Positions 12,236 to 31,500 of a stretch of 64,000 nucleotides of DNA are shown here, in pieces. A model generated the notes under the pieces. The model was not told the DNA's origin. It ran no database searches and saw only the letters and a program-made list of their open reading frames with translations. The stretch's first letter is position 1, and every line of letters starts with the position of its first letter. The DNA comes from Trichoplax adhaerens (taxonomy: Eukaryota; Animalia; Placozoa): the NCBI RefSeq assembly GCF_000150275.1, contig NW_002060944.1:7244756-7308755 (forward strand), read 5' to 3'. The position numbers and the translations under genes were made by a program.

Positions 12236-13436
12236 ATTAGCTAACCCTATCTTACGGTCAATTTTCACTCTTTCATGAGCAATTGCAATTCAAAAATTAC
12301 TTCTTATCCTTACAGACGCGTATGCGCGTCAAAGTTGGATTACCATATCATTGCTATTTTATACCGATTGCAATTTCAATTGCAATACAGTAGAATCAAC
12401 GAGTCAACCCGGATTCCAATTGACTTGATGCTAATGTATACCTATGTTAATAACCCTTATTTAGTTATAAATTTACTTGTCTACAGTTCCATAACTTACA
12501 TCACTCTTGATGAGCGACTTGAGATGTTCACTCTAGTGGTGCGTTAGCTTAAAATCATATTAGGTAATAAACATAGTGTAAAATTGAAATACAAAATTTT
12601 ACACGTGTACTGTTCACTGTCCGTCTTCGACTGGATCACGCACGGCTGTAGATACAATACCAAGCTCTCCAGATGTACAAGTGATTAGAATTTCTAAATA
12701 GAAATCCAACATGTATTTAATAATTAATGAATTGTTATTCTGATTTATTATTGCATAGCTTCGCGATCATATTTTTACCGTCAGATCTTTGCTGCGTTGA
12801 CGTTAGTAGCGGCATGCAAATGAATTCTAATGAAGTTAATTTATCTCTACAATTGTCGCATTTCAATAAATGCAGTACATATACTTGATGGTAAATGATG
12901 TCTTTTATTGGTAATGATAGTACATTGTGAAAGAATGCGTTGGTGTGTAGTCAATTTAAATCAGCCATGTTGTTATGGCACCTACTGTATATCAAAGGAC
13001 GCACAATTTGTTGTACTTATAAAAAATTGATTTAAAAATGATTAACAATGGATGATAATTATCTTGTTGTGCGTGTACTAAATTTGATTGTCTGGCCTTG
13101 AACCTGTCACTAATAAATATTCTTCCGCTTAAAAATATCAAATTACTTTGAAATCATTTCATTAAAGTCTTCTCATCGTTCGCCTTGGCTAGCCAAATAT
13201 CCATGAAGGGCTGAATCATTAATTTCTTGGAGGAATGTCATACCTTGTCACAAGTCCACTATAATTATGATTACTGATTGTAGAAACAAAGCAATCTACA
13301 GTAGACAAGACATGATTTACGCGTATATTTTCTACTTGATATTATTACTGTAGATCAGCTCATAAAAGCTGATATACTGTACGTAATCAAATATTATGCA
13401 TGTGATAATTTTGCAGCTATAACGAAGCGGTCAGTA

Positions 13437-17968
<4,532 letters not shown>

Positions 17969-18869
17969 CTTGCTGGACTCAGGAACAGCTCGATCTGTTA
18001 TCCTAACGATATCTAGAAAAGCGATCAGCGGATAAATACAAACGTAGCAAACGGTTACGAATAAATTGTTGATTCCAATCGTATTAATGTTTATGGGCAA
18101 ACATCAGCAAGGTGCGGACTAGAATCGATGACAACTGGAGAAATCAATTACAATCGTTAAACTATTACTGCAAATAGATATAAGCACGTCATTAAGATAG
18201 GGTATGAAATAATTACGAATACGGGTATATAAATAATTTGGTCTTCTACTCAAATCCAATCTACTTTATTTCTTTAGCAGAATGCAATCAAGACCTGCTT
18301 ACCTTGCTGTCGACGAGCTCGTTAATCAGTTGAGATTTAGACTAACTTACAACCAATAACTGATAGTGAATTTGTATCATCTAGGCCAGGGATCAATTAG
18401 TCTCAATTATTTATAACTTGGAAGTAGCCATCACTCAAAACCTAGCCGTTCAAGCCCCAATCACCTTATCTAGCTTGCAGAATTTTATGTGAATATTTAG
18501 CTCTCTTGAGCATTTAATATTTGTATAGTTGTATTTCTCCACAATCGTAAAAGGTATACTAATTGTAGTATTCTAAGTCCTGTTGAGTACTTGTATACTC
18601 TTTAATTAATCACTATAATACTATAGTACTGTATATTCCAAAGTCCCGTTAAGTACTATATACTGTATAATTAATTATTCTAATAACTATTTACTGTATA
18701 GTCGATGTTGCTGGAGTGTTCAATCAGAGTGTTGAGTGTTGCTATAGTAAACTCTGTATCTAGCAATCATGAAAGAAACTGTATACTATGGCAGCTCCTA
18801 TTAGCCGCTAGACTTGCACTCGCTAGTGGCTACCAATTCAGTTTCTATTAGGATATCATAAACTTCAAT

Positions 18870-20660
18870 ACTATAAAATGTAGTGATGTAAGTAGAGGAC
18901 TGATCCATTCATTCCTTTAACGAATAATCAAATCTAGTTATCGCAAAGTAACCAAACTACTGTATTGCCATTCATTATACATAGCTGTTAATCTAGCCTT
19001 GGTATTTAATTATTGGACAGATATCAACACTACGTCATATTGAAACTAAACTAAAATATACGCAAATCTTAATATAATAACATAGTGATGTAAGTGAAGG
19101 ATTAATTCATTTATTCCTTTAACGAATAATAAAATCTAGCTGCCACAAGATAATCAAAGTACTATAATGTCATTTACTGTGCATAGCCGTAAAGCTCATA
19201 TAGTCCACTAAATATATCCCATAGTTTAGTATACTGTATATAGTATATGTGTTATACACTAAACTGTAAATTAGAATCTCTCCAATCGAGTCTTTGCATT
19301 TAGTCATTAAACAGATATCAATACCGCGTAATATTTAAACCAAAAATGAGCAAAACTAATGGAATAACACAGTAATATAGGTGAAGGATTAATTCATTTA
19401 TTCCTTTAATGGATATTAAGATTTAGCTATTGCAAAGTCACTAAACTACAGTAGTATCATTTACTGTACAAGTGTGCATAACTACCAAGCTCGTATTGTC
19501 CACTAAATGTGTCTCCCAATTTAATATATGCAAACTATAATCTCGCCAAACTAGTCTTGGCATTTAGTCATTAGACAGATATCAATACTGCATAATGTTT
19601 AAACTATAAATAAGCAAAATTAATGGAATAGCACGGTGATGTAACTGGAGAATTAATCCATTTAGTCTTTCAATGGATGATAAAATCTAGCTATTGCAAA
19701 GTAACCAAACTACTGTAGTATCATTTACTGTGTATATCTATCAAGCGAATACGTATATTCCCTCTAAATATATCCGCAGTTTAGTATATACAAACTACAA
19801 TCTCTCCAATCTAGTCTTGGCATTTAGTCGTTAGACAGATATCAATACTTCATAATTTTGAAACTAGAAAATCGTTTACTGTATGTATTCCTTCCGCGGG
19901 TAATACGAATTGGTATCTTCATAAATTAAACATGACCGTCATATAGTAGTCAAAACTACAAATGAGCAAGCGAATTCGCATTAGAGTAATCTTATAGGAG
20001 GATCAGTTGATTATTCCTTTAACGGATAATAAAGGACTAGTTTTCTCATTCTTTCTAGCTATTACGCAGTAATCAAGTTATCAATGGCCAAAACTAATAG
20101 GATAATACAGTGATGGAATTGGAGGATTAGTTTATTTGTTCCTTCAGCAGATAAAATATGGCTATCGTAAAGTAACTAAACTAATGCACTGTAGTATCAC
20201 TGACTATGCTATCAAGCAAATATTCCTCGAAATCTATCCCACAATTTAATATATGCAAACTCTCCAATTTAATCTCGACATTAGTCATTGGATAGATTAT
20301 CGATACTACATAATATTTAAAGTCCAAATGAGCAAAATTAATGAAACAACACTATGATGTAAGTAAACAAGCAGTCCATTTCTTTCTTCAACGGTATTAT
20401 ATAGGATTATTCTCTTCCTTCATTAAAGATGACCATCACGAAGTAACCAAGATTAAAAGTGAACAAAATGAACGGAATAACATAATTGACGTCAACGGGA
20501 TCAGTTTATTGATTCTTTCGACGGATAATATAGAATTACTGCCTTCATTAATTAAACATAGCTATTACATAGTAATCAAACTACAAAATGAGCAAGGTTA
20601 GTTGAATAATATATTGATATAACTGGATGATCATTATCAATTTTTTTCTTTCATGAATGA
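18870..20660. repeat. Diverged tandem repeat, about 9 copies at variable spacing (~130-350 bp)
   Basis: Core agtgatgtaa(g/c)tg..ggatta.t.catt.attcctttaa.g.ataa...ctagcta.t.caaagtaac.aaacta recurs near 18881, 19083, 19370, 19635, 19985, 20108, 20350, 20480 and 20610. Confidence 0.8.
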
Positions 20661-21599
20661 GATAATATCAGATCGGATACTGTAAAATCGAAGCATGAAA
20701 AATTTTTTGGTAGATTCATCTTGAGGAGTAAACTAGGAGAAAGAAAGCACGAAATGGCATTAGCTAGTATAAATTGAAACCTGGGTAAACTATTTAACTA
20801 ATCGATTAGACTACAAGAAGAACAACGATCAGATCAGCTATAGTGATAAATGGCATGGTGGTCCAGTATTGAAGCAACAACAACAACAATAATCAAGTTA
20901 ATAGAGATGCAAACAACGATATAACTTCCTAGGCTATCATTACAATTCTAATTTTCATTGCCTATGCAATTTACTAATAACTTGTTTCTTATGGAAATAT
21001 AGCAGAGTTAATCAATGCCGTGTATACCTAAACAGACTAATATAAATAGCAGCGCTATTGATGAATCACTTTATAAGTTAAATATATATCAGAATAGTAA
21101 GTAATGGGTGCGACCATGTGTAGTAAAACAACGACGTGAAATAACAAAGACTTGCCCAATTTGATTCTTATTTAAATAATTCCAACTAGGCATGACCGCC
21201 ATGATCCATTTTTAATTATAAAAACTTATTGAAATCAATCCTCTATCGCGATCATTTCAATAGAATAATAGCAAAATTGACCAATCGATTGTTCTACGCG
21301 AGGTAGTGCTAACATCCTTTACAGTCTACAACACCATTAACAACTGTTGGAATGGTTGGTGATCCAGGATAGTAGTCACATTTCGCTCTTATTACTGATA
21401 TCAGTAGATACTTATTTCCGTTACACTTAGACAAATATAAAATTGTCATTGGGTATATTGGTAGAGGAAATTGGTTATTTCTATTTCATCTATTTCCCTT
21501 CTACCGGCTACTAACAAGAAGCTAGTGAGGCTAATTTTCTCTCCATTCTCCCTCTTCTTTGCTGCATTGACTTTGGGATGCAATTAATAAGCACATAAC

Positions 21600-22920
21600 C
21601 TAAGGTAAGTCGGTTATGTTGTTTTAATTCCAACGGCTTGAATTCCAACTAAACAGGACTGCTTAAAACTCTTCAATATCCTTTTCCCGCTTTATATCTT
21701 CAACTGAATAGCATCAAAAGGACATTTTTGTACATGTTCTAATAACGATAATGTACTTTATTGGCTAATATTGACGACAACGTATCTGTCCTTCTTCGAA
21801 CACTACAACATTATTTTTATGCTAGTGAAATATCTAATCTCTAGTTTATCTTCTGCAACATGATTAAATATTATATATCAGCAGTGGAGCTCTTTATTCT
21901 TTAATCGACAATTTGTACATTTCACATCATCTTTAGAGTAGTTTTGTTCGATTTCCTGAAAAAAATGAGAAAACAGGTTTTACATAATAATTTCCATCTA
22001 TTCCATCGTTATTGGACATGGAGATCACTTTAAATTTGCATTAGCATCATGAAATAGACTTAAAAACACTTAGAACAGCATCTTTTAATTCGGAAAGGTT
22101 TAGAAATCGATTTTTTAAGTCCAATTATAAACTAAACATACGAGAGAATGGAAATATTCCGATAATCTTGCAATATACCAGTACTCGTATCGTAAGCCCT
22201 CCTTAAATCATTCCATTTGTGCTAGTTCAGTCCAATTTTGAATCATGGCTAACTCACAGACAGTATCAATTTGCTGTAATCGTCGAATTATCATAGCATT
22301 TAACTTGATTAATTAAGTTTTAATAATCTCCACGTGCCTTCTACTTGTATCCCACACTGGATCATTTATCACAGTTCAACATCCCCTCTACCGAAAATTT
22401 CCTATTCTTAAATATGACGCTGGTTGATTTCTTCTTGAACTTTTAAAATATCCAAGTTCATTTTCCATAGCTCATCGGTAGATATCCAAACAATCACTAT
22501 TTTTGTTCACTATTGGAATCATTTTTCTGCTGATAGATAGAGTGTTCGTTGTGCCTGATTGCAATCAGTGAGCGAAATCATCGATAAACAAGATAAAATC
22601 TGACTTTTCACTCCACTTAAGCAATCGAAAATTTTGTTAACGCCCTCTTTAATACATTACATTTATTAGACTTTAAGTACACACAAATATTTTCTCCCTC
22701 TCTTCTAATAAGGTCAAGGATAAGATTCTGTATCGTTGTTTTTAATATTCCTATTATACCTTTTCGGCAATATCAGGATATTATTCCACTTTTATGTCAT
22801 AAAATAACTTTTAAAATTCACTAGGTTACCATCCTAAGATATTGACAGGGAACCGAACTACATATAAACAGCGGCAGCGACCTTTAGCAAAATGAATACT
22901 AGTTGACGTACTGTAGATTA
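21600..22920 (-). pseudogene. Heavily decayed coding relic, possibly a NACHT/STAND NTPase
   Basis: Long protein-like frames broken by stops. Walker-B-like SDFILFIDDF (~22575-22605), upstream ...CQYL..., downstream VFSF..QE resembling the NACHT-associated F.H..FQE. No intact Walker A. Confidence 0.3.
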
Positions 22921-23087
22921 ACTTCCTGTTGATTGATTTTTCATAGCTACGAAAAGGAAATAACATATTTACTAAGCACTTGGTGTATCAATTATTCTAA
23001 CTGTTACTCAACACCATAATATTACTGTGATTTAATGAACCATAAGTAAAAGTCTATCAGCCATGGATCATCTGTCGCTGCATAAAA

Positions 23088-23452
23088 ATGTTATTCTAAA
23101 GCAACGTCCAATTTCTACTTCCTCCTATACTGGGCAGAGTATAGGTGGTTAGACAAGTGAAACTAAAATGTTACTATTCTCATGGCTATACCCTTTTTGA
23201 TTTTCATCACTGAAAAAATGCTATTCTACCTTTATGTCCAATCTCTACTTTCTCCCATATTGAGTAGAGTATAGATCTCTAGATAAGTAGAAAAATAAAA
23301 TGATACTATTTTCAGAGCTATTACGTTTTTGGTTTTCATCGCTGTAAAAATACTATTCTACCACTATGTCCAATCTCTACAACCTCTTATATTGAGTAGA
23401 GTATAAGTGGTAAGATAAGTAGAAAACTAAAATGCTATTATTCTCATGGTAA
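23088..23452. repeat. Three tandem copies of a ~130-bp unit
   Basis: tattcta...gtccaat.tctac....tatt/ctgagtagagtata.gt..ttagataagt.gaaa.taaaatg..acta occurs three times. Confidence 0.85.
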
Positions 23453-24869
23453 TTAATTTGCTTTCTATAACCCCATCGTCATATCTAGAGAGCGATTTGA
23501 TAGATGGCATCTTACCACACAATCATTTTAGGTTAAACCCAAGTAAATACAGTCGATGGTTTTTCAGTCGAGAAAATCTTAAATCCTATCCTTTTTAAGA
23601 TTCAACGTCTTCTTGTGCGATCCTTAGCTAGCAAAGGGCGTAAGCAAAAACGCGTAATCCTAGCAATTTACAGCTTCTAATGTCGCATAAAATATTTTGT
23701 ATATTGGATAGTTTTATCGTCAAGTTAGTTTATTAACAAATAGTTTACTTAAGCCTAAATTAAACAGCTTTAAACCCCTTTCATAGAATAAAGTAAAAGG
23801 ATTTAGCTAATTGATTAAATCTGTTGAATTCATAGCATTCTTAATTGCCAATATTTGCTATTAGTTAGTAAAAGCATTATTTTTAGTATACCACACCATT
23901 ACTTCGTTAGCAAGACATATAGAAAATTTAGAGCCTCTAACGTGGCATAAAAATTCGTCTTGCCTATTGGGGAATTTCATCGTAATATAGTATTATTTTT
24001 TGAAGAAATGGTCCACTTGAATTAAGTGACTTAGGAACCATTTACCTGATGACGTAACGACAACGATTAGGATAATCGATCACATAAGTCGAATTTATAG
24101 GCTCTACTAATAACTTATTTTTACTAGTAGTTAATGGGACCTTTAGTTTATTCAGATAGAACGTTAAAGCTTTCGCAGGACTATCTTTATCTAGCAAATT
24201 AGGATTACGAGTATACTTGCGCCATTACTAGGTTTAGGGAAATCCATCTGAATATCATTCTTACTGCAAGGCAAAAGCAGGGCAGGTTCGAAAGTTAATA
24301 AAATAACAATGTATCCATTTAGCTATTTTAAGAAAAGATTTATCATTAATTACAAGATAAGCTATTCGATAAAAGAAACAGAAATAAACGAGAAAAATGA
24401 GAGGCGAAGCAATCGTAATAAACAATAATAGTACTGTTCAATTCTGCTTAGCTTAAATTGGATTATCCATTACCTTACAATATGCTAACTGTTTCTAATT
24501 AGTATGTAACAAAACTGATGATTGCAATAAATCCACTCCAAAAGAAAATAATAACATATGAGTGAAATAAAGGGGCAAGTAGAGCTTAATCAAGTTTCAT
24601 AACCCTTCAGCGTCATAACCCCTTGCGATAGTTTTATGACAATTTAATCGCTTCTCAAGTACTCATTCGTATTGACTGCTCATTAAGCAAAGAAAATATT
24701 CCATCTATAAATTTATTCATACTCAAAGATTCTTGTAGCGAACAATGCTTTGTTGTGGTTACAACAACATTTTATCATAAATGAATAAAGAAATCAGAGA
24801 CCCAATAATAAATCTACTTATTTCTGTGTGCAGTAAGATTACTATTGCACTATAGCTATTGCATTTTAA

Positions 24870-25320
24870 AATTTTAGACTTCATTATCGTATTAAATTAT
24901 CCAAATTCATTTATTCTGCGACTGTAATATTAATACATATATGAAGAAATAAGTGATCCAATTATAAATTTATTTGCTCCTGCATAAGTAAAATTTCATC
25001 TGTTAATAAAATTTGGTAAGAATATTTATTTATTGTAGTAGGATTGTCATTGCTTCAAGGTTTTTGCGTTATAAAAGAATTAGACTTTATTACAGTATTA
25101 AAATAATCTAAATTTATTTATTCTGTAACCGTAGTGCAAATGCATATGATATTTATGTATCCGTTGTTATTGCTAATATTCGAAGAAATTAGAGGTACAA
25201 CTGTAAATTTTTATTTTCTTCTGCATAAGTAATATTTCAGGTATTAATATTCGGCTGCAGTTTTTATAGTTAGATTGTCATTGCTTCAAGGATATTACAG
25301 TACAAAAATTAAACTTTACT
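24870..25320. repeat. Two diverged ~220-bp tandem copies upstream of the myosin gene
   Basis: Shared blocks ttagactt..tta, ctgcataagtaa and gattgtcattgcttcaagg. Confidence 0.7.
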
Positions 25321-25533
25321 GTCCTGTTGAAATTAATCTTCGCTGTTTAGAATAGCTATATCCTTATTTTAATGATCCAACTTGATTTATTCCACAAAAA
25401 TAAGGCCCTTATATGATATTAATGCTTCTGTTGGCATAACTAGCTTTTAGTGAGACCTACGACTGATGATAATAAGCGTCTTAATATCTCTCTTGGAACA
25501 CTTTTTAGCCTTATATACAGTACATGGATCACG

Positions 25534-28500
25534 ATGGATAACGACAATCAAGAAATTCACGAATCCATCCTAGATGATACGACTGGTGTTCCTGATTTAA
25601 TCTTATTAGATGAAGTCAGCGACAATGCTATTTTATTCAATTTGCAACAGCGATATTACGATAATCAAATTTATGTAAGACGTATTGAATCGCTAGATTT
25701 TATTCTTTTGGATATCTTTAATAACTAAAGAGAATGATATTTGCTATAATTTCCTGTTTTATGATGCTATATGTAGCTGAAAATATCAATTTGACTATTC
25801 GATCAAATTTTAACTTATTCCATGCTATCGCCAATTTGAATGTGGTCTTTGGATAAAGTTTATGAAATTATTAAATCATCGTCCTGACTTTGCTTTTATA
25901 GACATATATTGGAAATGTAGTCATCTCCGTTAACCCATATCAGAAATTGCCAATTTATACATCCGAAACAATTCTCAACTATCGCGGCAAAAGTCTATAC
26001 GAACTTCAGCCTCACATGTAAGAAATTTAGGATACAAATTGATTAATCTACTTGTCAGCTAACACCAATTTAAAAGTCGCCCATTTTAAGTACAATATTT
26101 CTCGACCAGTGCAATAATACAGCCTCTATTTATTCTGAGATACATAATCCAAATCAATACATATAACCTCTTTCTCTTATTTATAACGCACTTCAGTGTC
26201 TGCATTATCAGTTTGTGAATATCACATGTTTTATTAGTTATGCTATAGCTGACAATGCTTATCGAGCACTGCGAGATCGAGACGAAGACCAATGTGTGAT
26301 TATTAGTGGAGAAAGTGGTTCAGGCAAAACAGGTAACTATGTTAATTAACAAAAATTGACCATCACTATCGTAAAAGAATCGGAGAATTGATTCTGTGAA
26401 TGATGTACTATATAAGCAAGGATCGCTGATAAATTGGCGTAGACTAATCTCAGTATTCAATAACGTTAATAGAAGCATCCAAGGTAGTCATGCAGTACAT
26501 TGCTGCAGTGTCAGGAAAAAGTAAAGATGTTGAATTAGTAAAAGAGCAACTACTTCAAACCAATCCTCTACTAGAAGGTAAGAAATATCGGCTAAGTAAT
26601 GATATAAATTGATAGTTAACGGAGCATATAGAGCATTATAATTATAATTACTTGCCTACGTATAATATTAACTATCAATTAGACCCTTTTCTGGTACAAC
26701 TTTTTGAGCTAACTCAAGTACAATCTAAATAATTACTAATTAGTTTAGCAATTCTACATTCAAAGCTTGATAATCTAGTCGCATAATATACACGCTACGG
26801 TCACTTACACGAGTCTATTTAAAATAATAGTAGCAAAATTTGATAGTCTACTGTATATCCTGATAGATAGATGGGCTATTCACAGCATCTACATTGAAAA
26901 AGCTAATCAAGTTCATAAACAGAATCGATTATTCAGTTATAAATTGTTATACAGTTTCCAGATAGTAAATTAAACATTAAAATTAGTATGAGTATACTGC
27001 AGCCCTCGCTAAATTCCGCAAAGACCATGTACTTACAGTATTATGAAAAATTAGATATTGTCCATGTATCCTAAGTGAATTATACTCATCCACTACCAGT
27101 AACTAATTTAATCCTTATCAATGTTCTATATTAGATGCACTCGATTTGTTGTAATTGAATTGTACCTGTATACTACTAGTCATGAATTCAATTCTCAACT
27201 AATTTCTAATTTTACATTTAGCGTTTGGAAATGCTAAAACTCATCGAAACAACAACTCATCTCGCTTTGTAAGCATACGCTGTACTGCTATATTTATTTC
27301 TCACATCTTTTCGTACAGTTGACTAATAATACTTCATTACCTTAGGGAAAGTACATGGATATCGAATTCGACTTTAAAGGAGATCCTGTCGGAGGTGTTA
27401 TTACAAATTGTAAGTTTAGCTATAGGGCAGACTAGTTAGAATATTCTGGCTAGTCAAATCAATCCTAGATATTAGCGAAATTAATTATTATACTTTTCTT
27501 TGACCTCTCGCTTCTACTACCATATGAAATGGAAAATACTATAAAGATCTTTTAGAGAAGGTAAGGAGATCATAATATGTAGGATTTTGAACTAAAGTAG
27601 TTATTTTAATGATAAAATCTACTTAGTGTGGCTGTTTACTTCTCAACGATAATCTACATGCATATGAAAATACTAAATGTGAGCATTTTGATAGTCTCGT
27701 GTTGTATCTCAAGCTGATGGCGAGAGAAATTTTCATATTTTCTATCAATTACTGGTCGGAGCATCAGAACAAATTTTAGGTGCAGTAAAGTACTCTTTTA
27801 TCCTTCCATACAATGTAGAAAGATATTTTTAAGCATACCTAAATTATACTTTTCATTAACAAATTAGATCATATTAAAATTATCTAAATTTTAAAAATTT
27901 CCATTTCAGATGATTTATATCTAACGGACGATATACGAGATTACAACTACATAAATCCTTATTCAGTAGCAACAGAAATTGACGAAAATGATTTTACGGA
28001 GACTCTAGTGAGTTGATTGTTTATAGCTGTAAAGCTGTAGTAATCCCACATGAAGCAGTTGCTGTTCTGAGATCCTGAAATGACACTGCACTAACTGCTA
28101 CGATCAATCTTTGCATTATAGCAAGCTATGGAAATAGTTGGCTTTCAATCAATTGAGGTCAAATATGTACTGCAACTTCTTGCAGCAATACTTCATATTG
28201 GAAATCTTCAGTTGAGTGAAAAGGAAGATGAGAGTGGAAATGAATTCAGTGAAATTAATTTAAATCGAGGTAGGAATATATTAGCAATTCTCAAATACGT
28301 TTAATATAATTACAAAAAAACTACAGACAACCCCTATATTACTACGTAGTCGAATATATTATAACTCAACTTGATTTAATAAATAAATAATTATTATAAA
28401 CGATTATAAATTCCAATAGTTTTTTCTCATTTATTTCTACTGTATTTACTTTGTAGATCTACAAATTGTCTCAAAGTTAACAAACTGTAAAATTAGCCAA

Positions 28501-31500
28501 TTCCAATATGCTATCACTCAAAAGCTTGTAGAAACAAAATATGAACAAGTAACAACGTCATTAACAATTGCACAAGTTAGTAGCAAAGATTTTTTTACCT
28601 GTACATTATTAGATTGTCTTACTTATTATAAACGACTCAATGCCATTTTCTATCGTACAGGCACGGTATGCTCGAGATGCGCTTGCTAAAGCCATTTACA
28701 GTCGTTTATTCTCATGGATTGTAGATAAAGTTAATGAATCACTGACGGTATGCCATGTGCTAGTTTTCAATATCGTATTTTTTCATAACTACGATTTATA
28801 CTCAATATCATCAGTAGGGAATCGTACAACAGTTTATACGATATAAAAGAAAGATTATGATCGTTGTTACAGGTAAAAGAAACAGCAACGAGGAAAGTAA
28901 TGGGAGTTCTTGATATTTATGGATTCGAAATATTTCAAGTTGGCAAAATTCTTTGTTATTTAATAGTTTACGCATTTAATCCAGTCAAAGCAAGTTAATA
29001 TCTAATAATCTTGACTCAATTTTACCCCACGTAGAATAATTCATTTGAACAATTTATCATCAATTATTGCAACGAGAAACTACAACAAATTTTTATTGAA
29101 ATGACATTAAAATTAGAACAAGAAGAATACGTAAATGAGGTAAGAATATATCAATACGTAACCTTACTATTGCTCAATAAGTTAATACTACGATCAAGCC
29201 TTTATCGTAATTTACTATAAATGTATTTTACTTACCTAGGGCATGCCATGGACCCATATCGATTATTTTAACAATAAAATCATTTGTGATTTAATAGAAA
29301 AGGTAGAAAAACATCATGTGTATTACAGTACAGTATTAAATTCTTGAAGATTAAAATATTTTAGTTGTTTATTTATGAGGAATAAATAAAGTTAACTAAC
29401 ACATTAATATACGTATATTTCATTTTATTTCAACAGAATAATGGAATTTTATCAATGTTGGACGAAGAATGTATTAGACCTGGGAAGGTAAGAAAATTGT
29501 AATTGTACAAATAGTAATAATTAATGGGCTACTTTATTTACCTTATTTATAATAATTTGTCGTGAACGCTAAAAAAGTTGAAATTACCCTGCTAGTATTA
29601 AATGTCTTACTTGCGTAATGTCAAATATGATCCCATAAATCGATAGTTACCTGTAGCAAGACCAACATTATCCGTACTAAGGCTTAAGATTCACCCTGTA
29701 TCAATACATATATTAAAAATGAAAATATTGCATTTATTGGTTCAGAAAGTAATGCGAAGGTGACTGGTTATTGCTATACGTATTATTTAAAAGAATTTTA
29801 TAATATAATATAATATAGGTTAGCGATAAGACGTTTCTTGACAAGTTAAATAACCGATGTAGTAAACATCCTCATTATCAAAGTAAATCGATGAAAGAGT
29901 TTTCTCGTGATTCGACTCTCGATCGAGAATCATTCCGCTTAGTCCATTATGCAGGAAATGTAAGTTTGACTATTCTAATTGCAGCAAAATAGTTAACATA
30001 TGTGTGCAGTATTGACTTAAGAAGAGAACTAGAGCCAAGTGGTCTTAACTTTTTCATTTTTTGATTAGGTAACTTACAATGTTAACGGTTTCATCGATAA
30101 AAACAATGATAATCTACATCGCAATATTTCTCAAGCGATGTATACGAGTGGAAATCCGTTACTGCAATTTCTCTTTATTGAGGGTAATCCAAAATTAGCC
30201 TCTCGTAAAAGACCACCAACATCGGGTTCTCAATTTAAGGTTTATAATAGATATTAAAAGATAATATACTTTCTTTCTATTTTGTAGATTTAAATATGCG
30301 ATGAATTCGCCTACAATTTTTTCTTTCTACTAACGTGTCATTGCCGCATAGAAATCGGTTGCACAATTAATGGTCAATCTTCTGGCTAAAACTCCTAACT
30401 ATATTCGATGTATAAAGGTATTAAATACATACTGTATATATCGTATAATAATAAGTGCAATATTATTATAGTATTTCAAATTTATCTCTAAAATATCGGA
30501 AGAAATCTTAAACACTATCTGCTATTTTATATTAATAGCCTAATGATAAGCAAATTCCGGAAGATTTCGATATTTCTATTGTTCGCCATCAGATCCAATA
30601 TCTCGGGTAATTTTGACTTTAAATATGTCAATAATAAATCAATGTGTGATCAAGTTGCAATATAATGAAATTTCTTAATAAATAAATCTTTAGCTTACTA
30701 GAGAATGTACGAGTTCGTCGTGCTGGATATGCTTTCCGACAAACCTATGCCAAAATTTTATACCGGTATACAAGAACAACTGAACATATCACAATATATT
30801 TGTCACTTTGAAGTATATGTATATATATATACTCGTAAGATATTCGATTAAGGCAATGGTTGAAATACTTATTCGTATATTGCTATGGAATAACCAGAAA
30901 TTTGATTTTAATTATTTGGCTAATTAGATATAAGATGTTGTCGATGGCTACTTGGCCAAGATGGGAAGGTGATACTAAAGCTGGAGTGCAAGAGATGATT
31001 GAAGTAAGAATTACTAAATAATAGGATTGTCTGGGTTCTACAGCTTTAACTAAAGCCAAAGTTATAGATTTACTTTATGCCTTAGTCGAGTTTTAAAAGC
31101 CCAAAATCGCTATCAAAAACAAAATTTCTAAGTAACCTGCAACTTATAGTATCAATTTAAAATTAAACTTCTACAGTAGCTCATAATTAACTTCAGTTAT
31201 CAATTACAACAATTTTAAAATCAGAATCGTCATAAGAATTTATGCTATTAAATACAGTATCAAAAGATTAAAATTTAATATCGCTTCGATGATTCAGTGA
31301 GGTATACAATCGATTAGAGAAACACAAAGGCAGAATGAATATCATAATAACCAATCTTCTATTATAATAATACTTCTTCTTATAGTCATTACCTATTGAA
31401 CCAAATGAATACGCTTATGGTAAGACGAAATTATTCATTCGAAATCCACGAACAGTAAGTAATGGCTCCTAAAATACCGTATATTATTTAAGTATTTTAC

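Noticed and set aside
11785-12268. Antisense and alternative-frame ORFs over the bZIP exon
   Set aside because: They are shadow ORFs of the real coding strand.
18870-20660. Repeats with variable intervening sequence, superficially like a CRISPR array
   Set aside because: Eukaryotic context, long diverged units, related intervening segments and no cas genes.
21620-21740. VQKCPFDAIQ and LVGIQAVG resemble the ABCE1 Fe-S and Walker A region
   Set aside because: The other cysteines and GKS are missing and the surrounding sequence does not match this very conserved protein, so it is probably chance.
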